A stretch of 63,978 bases of DNA, counting the filler, from Dimargaris cristalligena (lineage: Eukaryota): assembly GCA_003614675.1 (NCBI GenBank). It is 4 parts of 4 records of this genome, joined end to end, with 100 filler letters (N's around TTAATTAATTAA, not from the genome) between each part and the next. Parts side by side here need not be neighbours in the genome. Positions count along the whole stretch, not along the records: positions 33,044 to 49,462 come from ML002851.1; 3 more parts are not named here. One strand, written 5' to 3'. Below the pieces are notes generated by a model. The model searched no databases and was not told where the DNA came from. It was given only the letters and a program-made list of their open reading frames with translations. This document shows, piece by piece, positions 35,377 through 45,684 of the stretch (its first letter is position 1; each line of letters begins with the position of its first letter). The translations under genes and the position numbers were made by a program.

Positions 35377-36687
35377 TTAGGACTTCTCCTTGGAGTGTCT
35401 CTCTTTAATATGCCTATAACGAGCACTCATGGCGGTGTACGTCTTATAACAATGCTGGCATTTGAATGTCTTCTCCCGAGTGTGTATATTCCGATGAACG
35501 GCTACTTCGCTGGGGAACATAAACGGTACATTGCAAATATCGCAAGCATATTTCTTTTTCTCTTTGGGGTGGGATCTTCTAGCATGTGCACGGAGAAGCG
35601 ACCGTTTCGGAGTCACAAAGTCACAAATATCACAGTCATAAAGATGTTCCCCGCCCGGTGTTGCCAAATCGCCATTTGGAGGACTACAGTTGGGCAGCGC
35701 AATCTTCTTAACCACCCCGGACTGAGTCTTCTCTTTGGGATGGATTTTCAAATGGTCGCTGAGCTTAATCCAGGTGTCGAATGGGGTTTGGCACTGGTCG
35801 CAAATATAACGCAGTTCCCCGGGGTGTGCTTTGTCAAGATGCTTGTTGCGGCCGTCACGCCTACTGTATGCCGATTCACAATAAACACATTGGTAAAGCT
35901 TAACATTGGTGTGTGATCTCAAATGAACTATAAGCTGACTGGACCTCGAATACAATTCCCCACAGATGTTACAGACATGCGACTTGGTTCCGCAGATTGA
36001 GAGTAAATGATTTTGCAGATTCTTTTTGTTCTTGTATGGGCGCTTACAGTGATTACAGATATAAGGCTGCTTCAGCTTGGGTAGTTTCGACTGCTTGTCC
36101 CGAGGAGCGGGCACTATGGGGTCAGAAAGGCTGGTAAGACGGCTCTCGAGGTCACATCCGGTGATTTTCTTTGTGGGCTGCTGGGGTGGGATGTCTTCAA
36201 ATGCCCCTAGGCCTGCAGCGGTGGAATCGCACTCTAAATCGGCTAGATCGTCAAGCAAACTTCGGTCAAGGTCAGTGCTGACCCAATAACCGTCATTGAA
36301 TGGCGCATCATATACGATACTCTGAGTATTGGGAAGTGATCCAGAGTACTCGTCTATTCTGTCTAGGCTGTAGGCTGGAAGAGGGTTGTTTAGTTCCTGG
36401 TGCCCTAAAGCACTACTGCCACCCACCGACGGTTCGAACTGATTGTTGAATGGCAGTACACTACTGATGGAAGAATGTCCTAAATCATTGTAGTAATCAT
36501 ATAGTAGGGGGTCGATTGGGTGGGGTCTACGGTCCGCATTTGTGGCCAGTTCATCGAAACTATAATGGTAACTATGGGTATAGAAAATTGCATGTTCTGG
36601 ATTGACTTCATGTGAGTTTGGTTCAGTGGCCCTGACTACAGTGAGTAAGCCCAGCCAGAGCAGACCAGCTGCCTTGCAGACTCGTAT
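35377..36687 (-). CDS. Signal-peptide-bearing 7-finger C2H2 zinc-finger protein, ~436 aa, with ATA at the expected start position
   Basis: The ORF-track frame (GTG 36426) stays open 87 more codons upstream to ATA 36687: (I/M)RVCKAAGLLWLGLLTVVRA|TEPNSHE.... An acidic stretch DLDRSLLDDLADLECD precedes 7 fingers with TGEKP-like linkers (TNVKLY, TREKTF). The first in-frame ATG lies inside finger 6. Confidence 0.8.
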   Translation of the reverse strand: MRVCKAAGLLWLGLLTVVRATEPNSHEVNPEHAIFYTHSYHYSFDELATNADRRPHPIDPLLYDYYNDLGHSSISSVLPFNNQFEPSVGGSSALGHQELNNPLPAYSLDRIDEYSGSLPNTQSIVYDAPFNDGYWVSTDLDRSLLDDLADLECDSTAAGLGAFEDIPPQQPTKKITGCDLESRLTSLSDPIVPAPRDKQSKLPKLKQPYICNHCKRPYKNKKNLQNHLLSICGTKSHVCNICGELYSRSSQLIVHLRSHTNVKLYQCVYCESAYSRRDGRNKHLDKAHPGELRYICDQCQTPFDTWIKLSDHLKIHPKEKTQSGVVKKIALPNCSPPNGDLATPGGEHLYDCDICDFVTPKRSLLRAHARRSHPKEKKKYACDICNVPFMFPSEVAVHRNIHTREKTFKCQHCYKTYTAMSARYRHIKERHSKEKS

Positions 36688-37532
36688 TCTTAGACGGCGG
36701 CTTCAGGGAGGTGCTTGAAAATTAGGTGTAAATTAATGTCAGCAAAGACAAAGTAAAGCGAACCTCACCGGCGGATAATATCAAGTAGTGGCGGTACAAT
36801 AATGTAGTAGTCGATAACCTGTTGTTCAAAAAGAAGCCACACATAAATAGTGGGGTAAACGCGATTAATTACACGAGGAGGCAAATTAGAGGGTATATAT
36901 TGTTGGCAAAGAATGGGACTGGATCTGCCCAGATGTTTATATGCCGTTGGCTTAAAACCATGGGCCTGGTCGGTGGTCTCGTTGGGTAGGGGATACTTCC
37001 ATGTATGACAGTGACACATTCTGTACCAATTACCAATCTTCTGAGAGTGTTTGTTTATCGTACAAAGCATTGCAGGTTGGAAGGCTTTAGTTATATAACG
37101 GGTCAGGGAAATCTTACTTCTAGTCGTGACCCATTAAGAAATTCAGTCAAATTGCACTCTTTCAATCGTAGCACAGGATAAAATACGCCCCTTGTTGAAG
37201 TGAACGTGTTTATGGTGCCAACATGGGGTCTGGTGTTAAGATTTGGGCCCCCTCATGGTTGGATTCTGGCTGGATTTATGTTGTAGCCACCGTTTTGTAG
37301 ACGGTCATTCTAACATACCATAAGGTGCTTACATATCGACGCCCCTATCATGTAAGCTATCCAGTATTGCTTGTGTGGATATTTTTATTACGCCTGATAA
37401 GGCTGGAATACTGCCTACAGTGCTACTCGGTTGTAATGCATCAGTCAAGTTTTAATATTTCGAACTTAACCAGCGATATATGTAGTAGTAAGGACAGTGG
37501 TGAGGATAGCAGATTGTGGTTGGTGCAGCTAG

Positions 37533-37676
37533 ATATGATAGAAATTCCATACTATTGTGTGGATTTTTAAAGGCAGCGTAATGGAAATAATGGGCAGTAT
37601 ATTTATATTTAATTGATAAGGCATACCTTATCAAACGGACTTTTTACTGTATAGTTGGACTGAACTTCTTCCGAAT
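37533..37676. mobile_element. MITE family copy 5 (highly diverged, 144 bp)
   Basis: ATATGATAGAAATTCCATAC...GGACTTTTTACTGTATAGTTGGACTGAACTTCTTCCGAAT; same length and orientation as 55937-56080. Confidence 0.55.
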
Positions 37677-38201
37677 GGTCAATAAAGCGACTATTAAACA
37701 TTAGTGTAAGATATATGCCAGTTAATTTTAGCATTGCAGCCGCTAGACGAGACTGACTACCTGAAACGCAGCCTGACACCCCATCCCACTAATGGGAATG
37801 GCATTACCAGATGTCCATCGTTGGTTTTATTGAATTAGGTGAACCGTATAATGCATATAAATTGGTGCTTTGAGTATGGGACGACATAACCAAAAACGTA
37901 GAATCAGCGGGACGGGATAAACGAACTTCTAACGTGAATGCTTTATATTTTATACCACGTTCTTTAACGCCCCGAGCTCTTTATGCCCCGATAAATTAAC
38001 TATTGTATTCATAAAAATTCCCCCACCTGACAATATAGTTATTTGGTCCTACTCGGCCACCGTGTCCACCAATCACCCCGCTTACCATAGCAGTATATAG
38101 TTTAGCTATCTCCCCCACCTTCTACTGCCCTTCTCGAAACCTTGTGAGTCCCATTCCCTCTCTATGTCCAGAACAAGGACTTCTTGGATAGACCCTTCAC
38201 C

Positions 38202-41200
38202 ATGCCCATTCGGCTCATTCCTCACGCACTGCGTCAGCAACTTCGGTCTCAATATACACTCGAATCGTTAGAGCTCATTGTCCAGGAACTCATTAGTAAT
38301 GGTAAGTTATGGCGACAAGTTCGCGCCTGTAGTTTTCTCTACTCTATTTGTGACTAGAATACCGGGTATTCTTATATAGACATGTCCACCATATGGCTTA
38401 ACCTATCCAAGCTTGTCGGAATTCTGTGTATCGAGGGTATTTGATAGCCTATTAAAACAATATATATCTATAGTCCACGCTTTAGGTGTCAACAACCCAC
38501 TCGTTAATCAGTCCTACACAAATGTTTACATTCCTTCTGTATCTGATTTGTTCGCTATGGACCGCAAGTAGGAATCGATTCCGGTGCTAGTCAGATAACG
38601 ATCAGAATCGATTTGGAGAGCTGCTATGTAGAGGTCAGTGACAATGGCTCAGGCATCAGCTCGACGGATTTGCCCTTGTTGGGTCAACGCTACACGTCCT
38701 CGCGGGACCTACCCAATCCCCAATTACTCCCCGAAGTGACTCGGTCAATGCAATTACGCCCCACTGGGTTTCGCGGGGAAGCTTTGGCCAGCCTATCCCA
38801 CATTGCGCTTGTTGAGCTACACACCCGGGCCCAGTCGAAAGCACCCGGAGCCGTTGTTATATTACAGGATGGGTGGATCATCGAGCAGCGCAGCCCCGGG
38901 CATATCGGCAGCCATTATCCAACCGGCACTACCGTACGCGTCCATAATATTTTCTACCGCACCCCCGTTCGGCGGAAGCAATTGCAGGAATCTAGCCCCG
39001 CCCTATTGTTGTCCCGCGTAAAAAAAGTCGTGGAGACGATGGCTCTAATCCGACCTTGCCTGGCATTTACGGCAATTAATCAGAAGAATACCCGATTTAT
39101 CGTTCAGTTGCCTGAGGTAAGAAAGTTGCTTCTAATATCAACTGTCCGGGACCGCATCCGCCGATTTCGTATTGTGGATAGGTGCTCTCTTTAATTAATC
39201 ATTTCGGGGGCCTGTTGCTCACTTTATAATTTGAAATTGGACACTTTCCTTAATGACTATTCTAATATTACGAAGCAATCCAGCCAATTCAGTCGATTCC
39301 AGCGGGTTACCGGTATTCCGGGGAACATGGTAAGCATATTTTTTATCGATTCAGAGGTTCGGCCCACAACAAAAAGAACCACCAGTGTCTAGGAAACCAC
39401 TACTTATTTTAACACATACCCCGTGCCAAAAACTATTTACCAGGTTATTAAAATTGCTTAATTATTTGGGACATATATCTATTAGCTTCACGATATACAC
39501 TACCAGAATGAAGGCTGGTCAGCCTATGGGGTGTTCTGTCCTGCCGCCATCTCCACTCGACAGCACCAGTATATTTTTGTCAACCAGTACCAGGCGAGTA
39601 TACCTGAGCTAGCTGACCTAGTTCATAGACGTCTCAAATTACTAAGTAACGAATCAAAATTAGGTAGACAAAGAACTGTGGTCCCCAGTGGTAAGGCGTT
39701 ATCTAACGATACCAAGAATCCGATATTTCTGCTGCATATTCGATGTCCACCCGCCGAGTATGATGTAACCATCGACCCGACAAAACTTTGTGGACAGTTC
39801 AAGGTAATAATATATATGGATGACAATACCCTAGTCGTGCGATATAGTTATGGGCCCAATAAATCTACCGGGATCGGCTTTATCGAACTTTTCGGTAGAA
39901 TACGACCCTTACTAACTATTTGGTATTTGAAAGGTTACTACTTCTTTGTATTTATAGAACATTTCATCTACATTGGCGATGGTCGATGCGACAATGGATC
40001 AGTATGCTCATAAAATGGAATTGGGCAACGAGGCAAGACCTCTAAATCTTAAAAGGTTTCAAGAACCCATAGCAATCGATACTACAGTACCTCCCAAGCG
40101 GCTACGCGAATGTTCCATTAGTCATTCCGACGAGTTATTTCCTAATAATAAGCCCGACCTTCGAATACCCCAGCCCCTGCTCCCAACGGATCCACCAGGA
40201 ACACACCCACCAACAGAGAAATCGATATTTCTAGCCAACAAATTACCCCCATCGCCACCAAACACGGCCAAGAGGGGACAACCACTCATCATCCTCGATG
40301 ACCGCCGATCAATCCTCCGTCATTTTCAACCCTCGACTGTTTTGAGGCCAAATGAGGCATTGGGCAATTCTTCTACTGCACCCGACTCTGCCCCTCAATC
40401 ATTCACTGTTTCTCTCCAGTCCCGGTCATTAAGGTATTGGACGGCTCCGCCCAAGGGTCTATTGCCTGCGCCTTCTCTCCCCCCTACAGCCCCACTAAAT
40501 AGCCCTGCACTCCTGGCTACTAATACCGTGGGGATATCTGGCCCACCCTCGTTTATTACGCCCCAGCGAGTCAGCCTGGCCTTACCCCCTGCGGACCAGC
40601 CCCCTCTTCCCAAAGCGATACATGCCGTCGACCTACCCGTCCAGCGAGTACGACTGCGGCCGAGCTTCAAGAACGCTTTGCCTGACCCCTACTGTGAGAC
40701 CCTACCGATATCATCCGAAGCAGTCAGCCTCGACAAGGCCATATTCGGTGGCCGACTGCGGGTAATTGGTCAGGTTGATGCCAAATTCATTGCCTGTCGA
40801 GTGCAGCAACTGGCGAATGATAGGTCTCCTCTACTAGTCCTCGTGGACCAACATGCGGCAGACGAGCGGGTTCGCCTTGAGCAGCTCCTCGCCCACCTGG
40901 ATGAGTTAGTGGGATGGAATCTCGAGCAAATACCAGCGGAGAAGGACATAAATGACTATTTCCACTTTCCCATCGTACACGATCAGTTAATGGTGGAACT
41001 GCGCCCCCCAGTGAAACTAACCGTCTCTCCTCCGATACTAGAGCAGGCCCGTGAACACAGCCGATGGCTGTACGTTTGGGGGCTTCGATTCACGCTAGCC
41101 GAAGCCACACCTTGTGCCCCTGGTAGATCGGCTGAGCTTTACAGTCATGATACTGGCTGTACCTTGACATTTACCGCCATTCCCTACTTTATTCAGGATC

Positions 41201-42085
41201 GCCTGCTTCAGGACCCATACGTCCTGGACAGGTTGGTCATTGATTATCTCGAATGGCTGAGTCACCGCCACCCACTCTTTGACGCGACATTTGGCCTGTG
41301 GCGGAAGGGGAAGCGAGGTGCAACAGACACAGCCCGTAAATCCCCGGCACAATGTAATACCTTTGATCCGCTGTCTACCCCCGGATCCACAGTTCTACCT
41401 GTACCGGGCACAGTAGTACGGGAGGGTTCGTCGCTCCCCCTCACGTCTGACCACAACAACCAAGCATCTGACCCGGTGCCTCCGACATGGGTGGGGCTGA
41501 TGGCCCTCTGCCCAGCGGAACTAACCCGCATCCTAAACTCACTGGCCTGTCGCTGTAAGTCATTTTTTAGTTACGATCTACTTCGCCTTTTATTTGAAGA
41601 ATCATTTACGCTAGCATACTAGTTCTTCAGAATCCCGTGAGGGGGGGGGGTGTACGCCTTATTGGATTGTTCTGGTACAGCCTGCCATACTGTACAACCG
41701 CCGTTTGCCCATATTGCTGTTTTATCTAGTCCCACCTTCCGACTGCCCTTCTCTAACTTGGTTTTATAATTGGTCATTATTCATACACAATGGATCAAAC
41801 TGAGCTAGCCGCCATCAAATTTAATCAGCTACTTGGTCATACTGAATGCCAAGGTCTCGTTTGTCGGTTAGGCCGCTGTGTCTTTCCATTCCAATGCGCC
41901 CATGGCCGGTAAGACTCACTTTCATATTTCATTGGATGGCCTCATTTAAGGGCTAGTGATGGTTAAGCTTATATCGTCTGCTGGGATGTCTAACATCAAC
42001 TTATTTGCTCCACCCACTGAAATTCCTACCTCGATGCTTCCCTAGGCCCACCATGTACCCGATTGTAGCCCTGCCTAAAGGGTAG
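38202..42085 (+). CDS. MLH3: MutL homolog Mlh3, 7 exons, ~917 aa
   Basis: Exons 38202-38301, 38572-39116, 39276-39329, 39486-39803, 39958-41554, 41809-41908 and 42046-42085. GHKL ATPase motifs (DNGSGI, GFRGEALASL, GTTV), endonuclease motif DQHAADERVRLE, ACRSAIKF and FPFQCAHGRPTM. Confidence 0.93.
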
Positions 42086-42351
42086 GTTTCGACGTCCATT
42101 ATTAAATCAATATAGAAAGGACACGGCTCCAACGGGGAATTAATTTTTGGCTTTTATTTATTTTATCTATACCGCCAAACTAAGTAATTTGTGACATTTT
42201 ACCACTATAAAATGAAGAAATATAAAGAGGATGGGTATCCAATAGATAGACAGTGGCGAGGGATGAGAGAGTGTCAGTAAAGTAGCGCTAGGTCTCTAAC
42301 GGAAATCGGCCGGAACGGCAATATAGACGTGTGAATACTGTATAGAGCTGT

Positions 42352-42652
42352 TGTTGGAAATTCATTTCCCTCGTCCCACTGATTCCATCTCTCGGTTTAA
42401 TTCGTCCTATACTTAGGACTATATTCCATCTCTCGGTTTAATTCGTCCTATACTTAGGACTATATTCCATCTATGATTATATCATCCTATACTCGGGACA
42501 TCATCCTAATCATCATTACTAAAATTTCCAACTCCATAAACCCAACCGCGGGCATCTAGCTTTGCCCCTTGCGGTTCTTTCTTTCTTCTTTAAAGTCTTT
42601 ATAGTTGCATTTAAAGATTATTGCGTTTACCCTCGAATTTACCTTTCCAACA
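42352..42652. mobile_element. Solo LTR, 301 bp, Ty1/copia-like termini
   Basis: Begins TGTTGGAAA and ends TTTCCAACA (9-bp inverted termini, TG...CA). Flanked by a perfect 5-bp direct repeat GCTGT at 42347-42351 and 42653-42657. Confidence 0.88.
42382..42499 (+). repeat. 41-bp tandem repeat inside the solo LTR (2 perfect + 1 degenerate)
   Basis: ATTCCATCTCTCGGTTTAATTCGTCCTATACTTAGGACTAT at 42382 and 42423; degenerate third unit from 42464. Confidence 0.92.
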
Positions 42653-43098
42653 GCTGTTACGTGAGAGGTAGGGTAAGATGATTATGGAATGCCTACCACT
42701 TGAATCTAAAATAGACCTAATAGCATATCTTTTATAATTAATAATAACAAAATATTCTAAGCCAGCACTTCCCAGCCCAATGGTTATTCAATCGCCAACG
42801 CCACTTAATTACCAACGGCATGATGAGGTTTTTTTTGCATATTAGGCCAGCTATTTCCTTTCTTGTAGGACGTGGGGGGTTTTATTTTTGCATTTTTACA
42901 AACTCATAACCTATAGTTTATTAAAAATCTATGGCAGCTTGGTATAATAAAGCCGTAGAGATTATTTATCTATACGAATATTTATCATCGAAACAAGACT
43001 AAACAATGCAATATAAATATTAAGCCTATATTAGGCGCTATTGGAAATATGGAGATACAAAAATGAGCTACATTAGAGAAGGAAATGACCGGATATGG

Positions 43099-45684
43099 CT
43101 ATGGCCACTCGATCATAAAATTAGGCGAAGTCCAAGTCGTAAAATCGGAGGGCGTCTGCACGGAACCACCGGGTTTCAGTAATTGGAAAATAAATTTGTA
43201 GGTGCCGCTGGGCACTATTTCAAATTGCTGAGTCGATTCATTGAGAGCCTTTCCGTTGAAGCGCCAAGTGTACGGTGGGTTAGCGGGGCTCCAGCTGCGT
43301 CGCATGTAACTATATATACCATTACTGGCCAGCTGTGGTGCAGTAGCCCCGAATGGCTGGGTGGTCGCCACGAAGATGTAAAGCATCTCCGTGTTGAAGA
43401 TGAGTTCAAAGGTAACCCCAGGCACGTCCGAAATGCCCCCCACCACTCCCATAGTAAAAATGGGTGTGGTACCAGCGGCGGGGGCGGAAGCGGGTGCCAA
43501 TAATTTTGGATAACCCACACTACCGACCGGGGGCAGGATGGGTACACGGTAGAGGTAGTCCTTCATCCCCATGACGGGAAGGCTCCGCACAAGGGTTTTA
43601 GAGCCAACCACCAGTTTGTAGGTGAGATAGGCACCGAATATCAGGAACTTATCATTGGGAATACTAGTGGTGATGGCCTTAACATTGGCAATGTAGGTAC
43701 CACGGGCCGCCAGGGTCCCAGTGAGAGGAGGGGCGTTGACGTACGTAAATCCTAGTTCGTTATCGAGGGTTTGCGGCGTCATGAGTAGGTTCTGGTTAGA
43801 GTCGTACACAGTGTACGCGGGGCATCGGTAAAATAACATGCTGTATGCGTACGACGCAGTGCCGCTATTGGTTATTTTAACGGTAAAGGATTGGAAGTTC
43901 GCCAAGGGCCCTACGATGCTCAAATCCGTCATTCGATTGTCCAGTGTAGCGCGCACCCGCATGTCATCAAATAGATTGCCCATGGTGAGGCTGCCGGCTC
44001 CCTGGATGGCCGGTAGATAATGTTTGCCATTTTCGAAAAGGGGAGTGGCATGCTCGAGTACAACGGCACGGACATCGACGGGTTCTTCATTCGGGTAGGA
44101 TTGGAAGTATAGGGCAAGACAGCCGGCCACGTAGGGAGAAGCCATGGAAGTTCCCGACATGATGGTGTAGGAGCCGAAGTTGACGGGGTAAGTGGAGTAG
44201 ACATTGGAGCCGGGGGCCACCAGGGTGGGTTTCATCTCCATGGCCAGGCCGGGTCCCCGCGAAGAAAAGGTCGAGACCCGATTGGCATAGGGGTTATTCA
44301 GAACTTGGTAACTGTCGGTAGAGGTAATGCGGGGGATCCATCCGTATCCAAACCACTCCACCAATTTGTCACCGGTGGTTTTGCCAACACGGACCGTTGG
44401 AATGGTATTAGGGTTGGAGAAAAGCGGTGGTGGAATGGGCCCGTCCACAGTATCATACACGATCATGGCCACAGCACCGGCGGCTGCCACATTAGCAGCC
44501 TGGACATCCAGGGTGCACCCGCCTGTTTGCACCACGGCAATCTTGCCAGTCAAGACGGTAGTTACCGTTGAACAGGCATTAAGCGACCCGGTGGCTGTCT
44601 TGGCCTGGAGAATCCCCAAATTGGTGAATGCAAATGACTTGGAAACGCCCTGGGTGCTGGAACGGATATGGGGGGACACGCCAGTGGGATTGGTGAACGT
44701 AAGGCCATAACCGTATACCGTGGGAGGTTCCATACTACCCACGGTAATCACGTTCGTACCGGTGGCTGGGGAACCAGTCATCCAAAAGGAGCGCACGCCT
44801 TCATTGCCCGCGGCGGCCACGATCATTACCCCTCGGCTAAATAAGAAGTCGCTACAGAAGGCATCGATGTCCGCGTTAAATCCGGAGGGAGCCGAAATGG
44901 AAAGGTTGATGATTTTCATGCCGTCGAGGTAGGCCATCTGCAGGGCCTGAATAAGCATGGCACTGTTGGTCTTACTCGCGCAGCCCATGACCCGGTACAC
45001 ACCCAACGTGGCCCCAGGGGCAACCCCTTTGAAATTACCATTGTTTCCCGCAATAATACCGGCGACATGGGTGCCGTGGCCGTTGCATTGGTCCAGGGGG
45101 TTAGCCTTGGGTTGAGGGGTGTTGGAACCAGTAAAGACATCGCCTACCAAATCATACCCGTAGCCCACCTTACAGTTGGTTGTTTTAAAGCAGTTTCCAA
45201 AAGCCGGGTGGGTGTAATCAATTCCGCTATCAATGATACCAATCTTTACCCCAGCTCCGGTGGTGCCATAGGTGGATGCGAGTGTACTGACCCCCGTGTG
45301 GACGTGGTTAATCTGGGTCAAAGCCAAATTGGTCGACGCCTGTCGGGCCCGGAGGTCCACCGTGCCTTCCTGAGTAAAAATCTGGTTGGGAACAATGGCA
45401 TGCACTATGTCCATCCGGGCGATGGTGGTGACGTAGTCCTCATTCACAAGAATCTGAGAGCCGGAAAACACATCGCTAAAGTTAGTCGCTAGGGTAAACG
45501 GGATGGTTGCGGCCTGCAGTTCCGCCACGAGGGACTCGCGGAGAAAATTGGCCATTACGATATCATAGTCGGAGGTCCCGAATTGAACGATAAACGAGTT
45601 GGGAACGACGTCAGCGTGGACATAGCTAAACGCCAGGAGTATGCCTGAGAGCAAGACTCCAAAGCAGAGCCGAAACGAGCGCAT
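43099..45684 (-). CDS. Secreted S8 subtilase with prodomain, PA domain and C-terminal Fn3-like region (Vpr/C5a-peptidase-like), intronless, ~861 aa
   Basis: Signal peptide MRSFRLCFGVLLSGILLAFSYVHA. Catalytic triad IIDSGID, NGHGTHVAGIIA and SGTSMASP; oxyanion AAAGNEG; PA insert GKIAVVQTGGC...AGAVAMIVY. Confidence 0.95.
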   Translation of the reverse strand: MRSFRLCFGVLLSGILLAFSYVHADVVPNSFIVQFGTSDYDIVMANFLRESLVAELQAATIPFTLATNFSDVFSGSQILVNEDYVTTIARMDIVHAIVPNQIFTQEGTVDLRARQASTNLALTQINHVHTGVSTLASTYGTTGAGVKIGIIDSGIDYTHPAFGNCFKTTNCKVGYGYDLVGDVFTGSNTPQPKANPLDQCNGHGTHVAGIIAGNNGNFKGVAPGATLGVYRVMGCASKTNSAMLIQALQMAYLDGMKIINLSISAPSGFNADIDAFCSDFLFSRGVMIVAAAGNEGVRSFWMTGSPATGTNVITVGSMEPPTVYGYGLTFTNPTGVSPHIRSSTQGVSKSFAFTNLGILQAKTATGSLNACSTVTTVLTGKIAVVQTGGCTLDVQAANVAAAGAVAMIVYDTVDGPIPPPLFSNPNTIPTVRVGKTTGDKLVEWFGYGWIPRITSTDSYQVLNNPYANRVSTFSSRGPGLAMEMKPTLVAPGSNVYSTYPVNFGSYTIMSGTSMASPYVAGCLALYFQSYPNEEPVDVRAVVLEHATPLFENGKHYLPAIQGAGSLTMGNLFDDMRVRATLDNRMTDLSIVGPLANFQSFTVKITNSGTASYAYSMLFYRCPAYTVYDSNQNLLMTPQTLDNELGFTYVNAPPLTGTLAARGTYIANVKAITTSIPNDKFLIFGAYLTYKLVVGSKTLVRSLPVMGMKDYLYRVPILPPVGSVGYPKLLAPASAPAAGTTPIFTMGVVGGISDVPGVTFELIFNTEMLYIFVATTQPFGATAPQLASNGIYSYMRRSWSPANPPYTWRFNGKALNESTQQFEIVPSGTYKFIFQLLKPGGSVQTPSDFTTWTSPNFMIEWP

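Noticed and set aside
36703..36705. In-frame TGA upstream of zinc-finger locus 2 as selenocysteine
   Set aside because: No redox-motif context and no SECIS recognised; a 5' UTR position is the simpler explanation.
42382..42499. CRISPR-like direct repeats
   Set aside because: Head-to-tail with no spacers, in eukaryotic DNA, and inside a solo LTR.
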